Assembly (NCBI GenBank): GCA_035548835.1
Contig: DASZSB010000110.1
Coordinates: 3,538-67,537, forward strand
Reading direction: 5' to 3'
Source: Gammaproteobacteria bacterium
GTDB taxonomy: Bacteria > Pseudomonadota > Gammaproteobacteria > Steroidobacterales > Rariloculaceae
DNA: 64,000 nucleotides
Under the pieces are notes generated by a model, which was given only the letters and a program-made list of their open reading frames with translations, did not search any database and was not told the origin of the DNA. Both the position numbers and the translations under genes were made by a program. This document shows, piece after piece, positions 31,616 to 39,201 of this stretch (positions within the stretch are counted from its first letter, which is position 1; every line of letters begins with the position of its first letter).

Positions 31616-32191
31616 ATGGATAGCGTGAGTGTCGGCAAGATCGATACGGCGAGTCGTCAGCTCGACGCGGCCATCGGGCTGTTCTTCTCCGGCAACGACC
31701 TCGTCGCGGTGCACTCGCTGGCGGACTCGGCGGCGCGAGAGCTCGCGGATCTCGTCCGGCCCAAAGCCGCAGAGGCCGCGTGGCACGACCAGGTGCAGAC
31801 CGCGCTGAACTTGGATGCGAGCACCTATCAGACGGTGCTGCGCAGAACCCAGGACCTGCTGACGCCCGAGCAGCGGGACCCCGACGCACGGAACGGCGTG
31901 GATCCGCGGCAGACGGCCGCGTTGATGGTGCAGGTGATCATGAGCATCGGCGGGCTTGGCGTCCGGCCGTCCGTGCCGCAAGCCGTGCTGCAGCTCTGGT
32001 ACTTCGCCTGCATGCTGAACGAGCTGCCTCACCTGCACGCCAATCTGCGCGCGTACATCCTGTCGCGGTTCAAGGATCTCAGCCGCCGCACGGGACATTA
32101 TCAGCTGGCCGTCGGCCGGCGCGTCCTGCAGGAAGACATCGAGAGAAACAGCCGCTCGACTGCGGCGGCGGACTCGGCAGCCGGTCGTTAG
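31616..32191 (+). CDS. hypothetical protein (no recognised family)
   Basis: The ATG at 31616 gives a 191-aa, mostly helical-looking cytoplasmic protein with reasonable GC3 bias. It is the first gene after tRNA-Gly. Confidence 0.5.
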   Translation: MDSVSVGKIDTASRQLDAAIGLFFSGNDLVAVHSLADSAARELADLVRPKAAEAAWHDQVQTALNLDASTYQTVLRRTQDLLTPEQRDPDARNGVDPRQTAALMVQVIMSIGGLGVRPSVPQAVLQLWYFACMLNELPHLHANLRAYILSRFKDLSRRTGHYQLAVGRRVLQEDIERNSRSTAAADSAAGR

Positions 32192-32266
32192 GCCCCCGCG
32201 TGGCGCGGGTCGGCGCCGCCTTCCCGGGCCGTGTGGCGCACGGGAAGGCGGGTGTGGCGTTCGACG

Positions 32267-32932
32267 CTAGCGGCTCGCCCAGTACGGTTTCGGCATCAGT
32301 TTGACGCCGGTCAGCAAGGTCGGCGTGCCGGCGCCGGTCTTGAGGCTCACGGTATGCGCCGTGGCGTCGACCGCGACCTCGGCCGCCAGCGACAGCGTGC
32401 CGGTGCCCGTGCCTTTGCCGTCGAGCTTCAGCTCGAGCACGCCGTAGGGGATTTGCGGGGCCGCCGTGCCGCTCGTCAGCGTCCAGGGCTTGAAGCTGTA
32501 GGAATCCAGCGGCTTCGTCGTCACCAGCGTGATGCGCTGACTGCCGTCGGCTTCGGTCACGCGATGTGCGTACTTCACGGAATGACCCACCGCGCTGCCG
32601 CTCTGCCACACGGCGCCGACGCTCGGCAGCTTGTCGAGCTCCTTCGGCAGATCGGCGCCTGCGCCGAGCGCGTCGACGACGGCTGCGCGGCCGGCGTCGT
32701 CGGACCAGTTCAGCACCTCGATCTTCAACGTGATCCCCGTGGCCGACACGCCGGTCAACGCGGCTTCGTAGGTGTCGGGCGCGGGCTTTTGCGCGAATGC
32801 AGGCGCTGCGAGCAGGAGCGTCGCGAGGCCGGCGGTGGACAGGATTTCACGGGTCAGTCGACGCAGCGTCCGCCCAAAGCGCGTGGCACGCTTCCGAGGA
32901 CTCTGCGGCAGGTGCAGATCGGTCACGTTCAT
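32267..32932 (-). CDS. hypothetical secreted protein
   Basis: 221 aa with a signal peptide (LSTAGLATLLLAAPAFAQ). The mature part is beta-rich, with good coding statistics. No family recognised. Confidence 0.65.
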   Translation of the reverse strand: MNVTDLHLPQSPRKRATRFGRTLRRLTREILSTAGLATLLLAAPAFAQKPAPDTYEAALTGVSATGITLKIEVLNWSDDAGRAAVVDALGAGADLPKELDKLPSVGAVWQSGSAVGHSVKYAHRVTEADGSQRITLVTTKPLDSYSFKPWTLTSGTAAPQIPYGVLELKLDGKGTGTGTLSLAAEVAVDATAHTVSLKTGAGTPTLLTGVKLMPKPYWASR

Positions 32933-33114
32933 ACTCCCTGGTTCCTGGCCCCTCGTGAGGCCCGCACCCGAAACTAGGTCGGGCTCGCGCGAGTTTCAAG
33001 GCTGCGCGGCCAACATGAACGTATTGTCATTTTTTTGTCGGCGCGGGAGCGGCGCCGGGGCTCGGCGCCGGCACGCCTTTTCGACGTGCCGGCGCCAGGG
33101 ATTCGGGAGCCGGG

Positions 33115-34356
33115 TCAGCGTGGCTCGATGCGCAGGACTGCGCCCTGCGCCTCGTCGGTCAGCACGTACAGCAGTCCGTCCGGACCCTGTTTCACGTCGC
33201 GGATACGCTGGTGCAGGTCGGTCAGCAATTCCTCGCGGCGCAGTTCCTCCATCTTCTCGTTGAAGAGGATGCGGCTGAGGCGGCCCGTGCCCGGGATCTC
33301 GCCGTAGCGCATGCCGCCCACGAACACGTCGCCCTTCCACTTGGCGAGCTTGTCGCCGGTGTAGAAGGTGAAGCCGGAAACCGCGATCGCCGGCGTCCAG
33401 TAGACGACGGGCGGCTCGAAGCCTTCGTGCGTCGGCAGCTTTGCCTGCCACGGCCCGGGATAGGTGCGGCCGTAGCTTACGAGAGGCCAGCCATAGTTCT
33501 TGCCGGCGCGGATGATGTTCAGCTCGTCGCCGCCGTTCGGGCCGTTCTCGCTCTGCCAGATCTCGCCCGTGACCGGATGAACCGCGAGGCCGAGCGAGCT
33601 GCGGTGGCCGAGCGTGTAGATCTCCGGCTTGTACCCGGCCTGACCCACGAACGGGTTGTCGCTCGGGACCGTGCCGTCGTCCTTGATGCGCAGCACCTTG
33701 CCCGAATACGTGTCCTTGGCCTGGGCGTCGCCGCCGCTGGTGGCGATGTAGAGCATGCCGTCCTTGCCGAACACGATCGGCATGGCGCCGGCCGTGGTCT
33801 CGTCGGCCACGAACACGTCCTTGACGTCGGTCACGCCGCTGCTCGTCCACTTCATGCGCGCGACAGCGTCGACGTTACGGTTGTTGCCCATCGGCTTCGT
33901 GTAGCTCAGATAGATGAGCTGGTTCTGCGCGAACTGCGGGTGTAGCACGACGTCCATGTAGCCGTGGACCGCGCCCGGCAGTCCCGATTCGCCGGCGAAG
34001 TACGCCTTGGGAGCGCCGCTGACGGGCTTCGGATCGAGCTTGCCGTTCCTGATCGTGCGCAGCTCGCCGTTGCGCTGCGCGATCAGCATCGTGCCGTCGG
34101 GCAGCCAGGTCAGGCTGAACGGAAACGACAGCGCCTTCGTGACGACGACGACGCGGATGTCCTGACCTTCGCCCGTGGCGTAGTCGAACGGACCGTCACC
34201 GAGCGGCCGGTGGGCGAGGCCCTGCGGCGCGAGCGGGATTCCCATCTGGAACGGCACGGTGCGTTGCGCGAGCGCCGCCGGAGCGGCCAGCGTGGCGGCG
34301 AGAGCGAGCCACGAACCGCGGCTCGTGACGCGTTGCAGGAGACGGACAGTTGGCAT
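33115..34356 (-). CDS. PQQ-dependent soluble sugar (glucose/sorbosone) dehydrogenase, YliI/Asd-like
   Basis: The ATG at 34356 gives a signal peptide (WLALAATLAAPAALAQ). The beta-propeller signature is GHRSSLGLAVHPVTGEIWQSENGPNGGDELNIIRAGKNYGWP. The remainder of the 753-aa ORF is a spurious extension. Confidence 0.88.
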   Translation of the reverse strand: MPTVRLLQRVTSRGSWLALAATLAAPAALAQRTVPFQMGIPLAPQGLAHRPLGDGPFDYATGEGQDIRVVVVTKALSFPFSLTWLPDGTMLIAQRNGELRTIRNGKLDPKPVSGAPKAYFAGESGLPGAVHGYMDVVLHPQFAQNQLIYLSYTKPMGNNRNVDAVARMKWTSSGVTDVKDVFVADETTAGAMPIVFGKDGMLYIATSGGDAQAKDTYSGKVLRIKDDGTVPSDNPFVGQAGYKPEIYTLGHRSSLGLAVHPVTGEIWQSENGPNGGDELNIIRAGKNYGWPLVSYGRTYPGPWQAKLPTHEGFEPPVVYWTPAIAVSGFTFYTGDKLAKWKGDVFVGGMRYGEIPGTGRLSRILFNEKMEELRREELLTDLHQRIRDVKQGPDGLLYVLTDEAQGAVLRIEPR

Positions 34357-34512
34357 TGGTAGGACCCCTCGATTGGAACAGCCAGTATAGGGCGACTCGC
34401 CAACCCGAAGAAGTCGTGCGGACCGTCGGCGCCGATGGCGCTGTGTGAAGGTACCAAGTTCGCTATGATTCCGGCGGGCTCGACCGAAGCACCGCAGGAA
34501 GGGGGGGGAGAC

Positions 34513-35319
34513 ATGCGCTGTGGGGTCATCGTCTGCGCGGCCGCAGTGGCGTTGCTCGCCCTGTCTCCGCTGGTCGCGGGTGCGCAGGGCGCGCCGAAAC
34601 GCATCGGCGGGCACCCGAATCTGAACGGGCTGTGGCAGTCGATGAGCACGGCGTACTGGAATCTCGAAGCCCACGCGGCGTCCCCGCTGAACGACTTCTG
34701 GAGGCTCGGGGCGATCGCTGCCATTCCGGCGGGTCAGAGCGTCGTGAAGGAAGGCAAGATCCCGTACAAGCCCGAGGCACTCGCGAAGCGCGACCAGAAC
34801 CGCGCGGGCTGGCCGAAGACGGATCCCGAAGCGGCCTGTTACCTGCCGGGCATCCCGCGCGCGACGTACCTGCCGTATCCGTTTGAGATCGTGCAGGGTG
34901 ACGGCGACATCCTGTTCGCATACGCATTCGCCGCGGCGAACAGGGCCGTGCATATGAAGGAGCACCGCACGATCGACCAGGTGCCCGTCGACATGTGGAT
35001 GGGCTGGTCGAATGGCCATTGGGAAGGCGACACGCTCGTGGTCGAGGTCATCGCCAACGACGACCGCACGTGGTTCGACCGTGCGGGCAATTACCACAGC
35101 AACGCGCTGAAGGTCACCGAGAGGTACACGCCGCTCGACGCGAACCGCCTGCGCTACGAGGCGACGATCGAGGATCCCGAGACGTTCACGAAGCCGTGGA
35201 CGATCTCGATGCACCTGTACAGGCACACGGAACCGAACGCCGAGCTGCTCGAGTTCAAGTGCGTCGAGTTCTCCGAGCATCTGCTCTACAACGAGTTCCT
35301 GAAACAGCCGTTGCCATAG
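34513..35319 (+). CDS. uncharacterised secreted protein, paralog of 35842-36984
   Basis: The ATG at 34513 follows a G8AG tract. Signal peptide: VALLALSPLVAGAQG. The core W.G.S.GHWEGDTLVVE...D..G..HS..L.VTERYT..D...L.YEATIEDPETFTKPWT...EF.C.E is shared with the downstream minus-strand gene. Confidence 0.8.
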   Translation: MRCGVIVCAAAVALLALSPLVAGAQGAPKRIGGHPNLNGLWQSMSTAYWNLEAHAASPLNDFWRLGAIAAIPAGQSVVKEGKIPYKPEALAKRDQNRAGWPKTDPEAACYLPGIPRATYLPYPFEIVQGDGDILFAYAFAAANRAVHMKEHRTIDQVPVDMWMGWSNGHWEGDTLVVEVIANDDRTWFDRAGNYHSNALKVTERYTPLDANRLRYEATIEDPETFTKPWTISMHLYRHTEPNAELLEFKCVEFSEHLLYNEFLKQPLP

Positions 35320-35362
35320 CACGGCGGCCAAAGCGATCTTGAGGCACGAGGAGGCGAGAACG

Positions 35363-35773
35363 ATGCGAGTCAGCATGTGGTTCGGGGTACTGGGCGGAGC
35401 CGCTCTGATCGCCGTCGCGGCGCCCGTGGTCGCACATCACTCGTTTGCGGCGGAGTTCGACATCAATCGGCCGATCAAGCTCGACGGCGTCGTCACGAAG
35501 ATGGAGTTCAGCAATCCGCATTCGTGGTTGCATATCGAGGTCGTGACCGACACGGGCGAGAAGCAGCAGTGGATGGTCGAGGGCGGCGCGCCGAACGCGC
35601 TGATCCGCAACGGCTGGACCCGCAACTCGGTGCCACCCGGCATCAAGGTGCACGTGGAGGGCTTCCAGGCCAAGGACCGCTCGTTCCGCGCGAGCGGGCG
35701 CGACATCACGCTGCCGGACGGCAAGTCGCTCTTCATGGGCCAGGGCGGCGCTGCAGCGCCGAGCGCCGACTGA
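35363..35773 (+). CDS. DUF6152-like small secreted protein
   Basis: The ATG at 35363 gives a signal peptide ending AAPVVA, then HHSFAAEFDINRPIKLDGVVTKMEFSNPHSWLHIEV. This matches the HHSF...V.L.G.V....W.NPHSW pattern I associate with DUF6152. Confidence 0.75.
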   Translation: MRVSMWFGVLGGAALIAVAAPVVAHHSFAAEFDINRPIKLDGVVTKMEFSNPHSWLHIEVVTDTGEKQQWMVEGGAPNALIRNGWTRNSVPPGIKVHVEGFQAKDRSFRASGRDITLPDGKSLFMGQGGAAAPSAD

Positions 35774-35785
35774 CCAGGCTGATCG

Positions 35786-35828
35786 TTCCGGTCACGTGCG
35801 TGAGGGGCCCTCACGCACGTGACCGGAA
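35786..35828. terminator. 43-nt near-perfect palindrome (20-bp stem) between convergent genes; bidirectional terminator candidate
   Basis: TTCCGGTCACGTGCGTGAGG-GGC-CCTCACGCACGTGACCGGAA. It lies 13 nt after the stop of 35363-35773 and 14 nt after the stop of 35842-36984. Confidence 0.65.
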
Positions 35829-35841
35829 TTCGCGATGCGCG

Positions 35842-36984
35842 TCACTCGCCGGCGTTGATGTCGAAGACCTCGGCGCCCTCGCGCGGCCGGCCGTAGATGC
35901 CGAGCCCTTCGGCCCGTTGCGGCGGCGGCTGGCCCTTGGCGATCGCCTCTGCCACCTGCCGCTCGAAAGCACGCTCGCCCGACAGCGCGTGGCCGACAGC
36001 GCCGTTGCCCTCGTGGCAGGAGTACTCGTACGTCTCGTAGTTCGGCTGCGTCGTGATCATGAGCCGGAACGTGAACGGTGCCGTGTACGTGACGGGGTCG
36101 TTGACGGTCGCCGTGTACTCGATCATGTCCGGATCGACGCGCGTGAAGCGCTCCGTGAGCCGCATGTCGGCGCTGTGGCGCGTGCCGTTGCCGTTCGGAC
36201 CGATGCTGGTCTGGTCCGTGAAGTTCGTCGTCTCGACGACGAGCGTGTTGCCCTCGAAGTGGCCGCGGGAGTTGCCCATGTACTGGCGGATGTCCGGGGC
36301 GAGATGCGCTCGGCCATCGAGCGGAATCACGCGCGTGTCGTGAATCATCTCGTAGCTGATGGCCACCTCCGTGGGTGTCTGCACGATGCGCATGCCGTTG
36401 CCGTAGATGACCGGCAGCGTGGAGCCGAGCACCCCGCGCGTGATGCAGCGATCGTACAGCGTGAAGTCCTCGAAGCCGTTGAACGGTCCCGGGCCGAATG
36501 TGCCGCGATCGCGATTGGCGGCGCGTGCCTTGCCGGCCGCCGTCATCTCCGGGATGCGGCCATTGGCAGGCTCGACGACGAGCGAGGCGTAACCGAACGT
36601 GCGGATGCCCCATTCGTTGCGCAGGAACGTCTCGCGATTCGTTGCGAGGTCCTTGCCGCCTTCGTCACGGCTCGCGCGTTGCCGGAACTCCTCCGGCGTC
36701 AGCGTGGCGCGGGTGCCGAAAGACTCCGGGCGCTGCAGCGGCACGCTGCGCATGTCATCGGTGCTCCAGACGCCGTCGAAGCTCGGGTCGCCCCAGGACG
36801 TGCGTGGCGGTTTCCAGTTGCGATTGGTGATGGCTGCCGCAGTCGTCTCGGCAGGGACGGAACGCACGATGGAGGGTTTCGCCGCGGGTCCGCCCCCCGG
36901 GCCTTGCGCTCCGGCCGGCAGCCCGAGCGTGAGAGCAAGCGTGGTCGCGAGTCCGCTGAGATAGCGATGGTCGATTCGCCGCAT
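35842..36984 (-). CDS. uncharacterised secreted protein, larger paralog of 34513-35319
   Basis: The ATG at 36984 gives MRRIDHRYLSGLATTLALTLGLPAGAQG (380 aa). It shares YMGNSRGHFEGNTLVVETTNF...G.RHS..M.LTERFTRVDPDMIEYTATVNDPVTYTAPFT...YEYSCHE with the plus-strand paralog. Confidence 0.8.
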   Translation of the reverse strand: MRRIDHRYLSGLATTLALTLGLPAGAQGPGGGPAAKPSIVRSVPAETTAAAITNRNWKPPRTSWGDPSFDGVWSTDDMRSVPLQRPESFGTRATLTPEEFRQRASRDEGGKDLATNRETFLRNEWGIRTFGYASLVVEPANGRIPEMTAAGKARAANRDRGTFGPGPFNGFEDFTLYDRCITRGVLGSTLPVIYGNGMRIVQTPTEVAISYEMIHDTRVIPLDGRAHLAPDIRQYMGNSRGHFEGNTLVVETTNFTDQTSIGPNGNGTRHSADMRLTERFTRVDPDMIEYTATVNDPVTYTAPFTFRLMITTQPNYETYEYSCHEGNGAVGHALSGERAFERQVAEAIAKGQPPPQRAEGLGIYGRPREGAEVFDINAGE

Positions 36985-37064
36985 GGCAGATCCCCTTGGC
37001 CAACGTGCGGGCGCGGATCGGCTGAAGAATAGGCCAACGGCGCGGGGTTCTCCATTGGCCCGGG

Positions 37065-38573
37065 TCAGGTCGGGTCCGGAGGCATGTCCCGGGCGGTCCG
37101 GAGGATCTCGCGTACGCGGTCGGCGTAGCCGCGGATCTCGGCGGCGTGCGCGGTCACCAGCGCGCCCGCCATGCGCACCGGGTCGCCGAAGAAGAAGCGT
37201 TCGTACAGCACCTGCCGCCCGGCGAACGCCGACAGCGCCGTGTCCCAGGCGAGCCGAAACAGCGGTATGCGCTCGAGCGCGTCCGCGCGTGCGGCCTGGT
37301 AGTAGCGGCGGATGTCGGCGGCGAGCGGGCCGTCGATGTCGGCGGCCGTCGGCATCGCGACGAGACCGCTGGCGCCGATCTGCTGCAGGATCTCGACGAG
37401 CCGCGGATACAGCCGCGGGAACAGGTTGCGCGCGGCGTCGAGCGGGTTCCACGCGGGGCGCACGACGCCGAACTCGTCCGGCGCGGCGTCCGCTTCCGCT
37501 GCGCGCAGGAACGCGCGCATGGTTTCGAGCGTGACCCAGATCTCCGCGAGCTTCTCCTGCACGTGCTGAAAGCCCTCCACACCGATCGAGTCGACGAGCA
37601 GGTGGGCCAGGCCGAGCACGAACTCGGCCTTCGCGACGTTCTTGACCACGACCTGGTGCGCCATGCCCGCGGCCGCGCCGGTGCGGGCGTACGCGCTGTT
37701 GCAGCGCTCGACGTCGCGATACAGCAGCACGTTCTCCCAGGGCACGTGGACGTCGTCGAACACGACCACGGCGTCCATCTCCTCGAACCGCGAGCCGAGC
37801 GGATGGTCCGGCGGCGGCCGGCCGCAGTCGACGCTCTCGCGGCACAGGAATCTGAGGCCGGGCGCGTCGGTAGGGATGATCACGCCGAAGGCGTAGGGCG
37901 CGTCCTCGGGTGTGTTCTTCAGCAGCGTGGACGGGAACACCATGATCGCGTCGGCCATGGGCAGGGTCGCGAGCATGCGGGCGCCGCGCAGCACGATGCC
38001 GGCGTCGTTCTCGCTCCTCACGCGCGCCGCGAGGAACGGATCGGCCTGTTGCGACGGTCCCACGGCGCGATTGATCTGCGGCGTCAGCAGCGAGTGCGTG
38101 AGGCACAGATCGTGCTCGCGCAGCTCGGCGTGCAGTCGCAGCGCATTCGTGCCGAAGCGCGGCTCCGCGGCGCCGAGAAATGCGGCGCCGGCGGCGAACC
38201 CCGACATGGCGCGGCTCAGATAATCCGGGACGCGGCCCATCATGCCGTGCGTGTGCTGCGCCCAGACGCGCATCGCGGCCGTCACGCCCTCGAGCTCGGC
38301 GCGCGTCCGCGGCAGCAGAAACGCGCGTCCGACCTCGAGCCCGCTCGAGGGGGATTCGAACAGACAGTTCTGGGCTTGCTCCCACTGCAGATCGTAGAGC
38401 TCGGCCAGTGTCGCGACGCCGCCGCGGAACGCCGGATGCGTCGTGACGTTCGCGACGGGCTCACCGGCGTACCACAGGGCCGGCGGCCGCTCCTTGAGGC
38501 GGGCCAGGACGTCGGCGCCGCGGCGGGCGCCGCCGGCGCGGCCAGTCGCGAGCGGCCGGCCGGCGGCGCTCAT
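37065..38573 (-). CDS. 4-hydroxyphenylacetate 3-monooxygenase oxygenase-component (HpaB) family flavin-dependent monooxygenase
   Basis: The ATG at 38573 gives a 502-aa protein. The segments THSLLTPQINR, DAIMVFPS, AFGVIIPTDAPGLRFLCRES and the C-terminal ERFFFGDP are typical HpaB-family blocks. The ATG overlaps the upstream stop (ATGA). Confidence 0.85.
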   Translation of the reverse strand: MSAAGRPLATGRAGGARRGADVLARLKERPPALWYAGEPVANVTTHPAFRGGVATLAELYDLQWEQAQNCLFESPSSGLEVGRAFLLPRTRAELEGVTAAMRVWAQHTHGMMGRVPDYLSRAMSGFAAGAAFLGAAEPRFGTNALRLHAELREHDLCLTHSLLTPQINRAVGPSQQADPFLAARVRSENDAGIVLRGARMLATLPMADAIMVFPSTLLKNTPEDAPYAFGVIIPTDAPGLRFLCRESVDCGRPPPDHPLGSRFEEMDAVVVFDDVHVPWENVLLYRDVERCNSAYARTGAAAGMAHQVVVKNVAKAEFVLGLAHLLVDSIGVEGFQHVQEKLAEIWVTLETMRAFLRAAEADAAPDEFGVVRPAWNPLDAARNLFPRLYPRLVEILQQIGASGLVAMPTAADIDGPLAADIRRYYQAARADALERIPLFRLAWDTALSAFAGRQVLYERFFFGDPVRMAGALVTAHAAEIRGYADRVREILRTARDMPPDPT

Positions 38574-39103
38574 GCGGCCGGCGCCTTCGCGGGCCGTAAT
38601 GCGCGCTCGAGGTTCGCGACATCGGCTTCCGCGAGATCGGGGCTGAAGTGACGGATCCGGTCGAGGATATCCGTCGTCTCGAAGTAGTCCTGCGCGCAGC
38701 CCGCGTGCACGAAGCCGCCGGGCTCGAACCGGTACTCCTCGAAAAACACGAGCGGGATGCGCCATTCGTCCTTGGCGATGGGCTCCTTGCACTGCCGGCA
38801 GCGCGCGCGGGCCGTGGGTGCGCGCTCCCCGCCGTGGACGCGCGGCACCCTGCGGTGCGCGACGCCGAACTGCGCGGCCGCCGTCAACGCGGCCGCGGCC
38901 CCGCCGGCATCCCGGGCCACCTCGAGGAACGGTTCCGGGCGCGCGTATGCGGCGCAGCGCAGGTGGAACCACAGCGTCATCTCGCCCTCGCCGAAGGCGT
39001 TCGGCTGGCGCTCGCCGAAGCGCAGCTCGCCCTTCGCGATGGCTCGGTTGCAGCCGCGGCACTTGGCGCGGCTGCTCGATGCGGGTTCGATCACGTGCGG
39101 CAC
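38570..39103 (-). CDS. tandem PARP-type zinc-finger (zf-PARP-like) protein
   Basis: 177 aa with two copies of the signature. Finger 1: SSRAKCRGCNRAIAKGELRF...LWFHLRC, i.e. C-x2-C-x28-H-x2-C. Finger 2: ARARCRQCKEPIAKDEWRI...GFVHAGC, i.e. C-x2-C-x27-H-x2-C. The spacing of finger 1 is identical to PARP1 finger 1. Confidence 0.75.
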   Translation of the reverse strand: MPHVIEPASSSRAKCRGCNRAIAKGELRFGERQPNAFGEGEMTLWFHLRCAAYARPEPFLEVARDAGGAAAALTAAAQFGVAHRRVPRVHGGERAPTARARCRQCKEPIAKDEWRIPLVFFEEYRFEPGGFVHAGCAQDYFETTDILDRIRHFSPDLAEADVANLERALRPAKAPAA

Positions 39104-39201
39104 CCCGGGATTATAGGCATGCGCGCGGCGGGCGGCCCGAGGCGCGGGTTGCGCGCGTCTGCTACGCTGTGCGCCACCCCAGTACCGTCACGAGCCCCCC
39201 C

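Noticed and set aside
35786-35828. The 43-nt palindrome considered as a MITE or REP-type mobile repeat.
   Set aside because: It occurs once in 64 kb and has no flanking target-site duplication. It sits exactly between convergent stops, so a terminator is the simpler explanation. A whole-genome copy count would be needed to change this.
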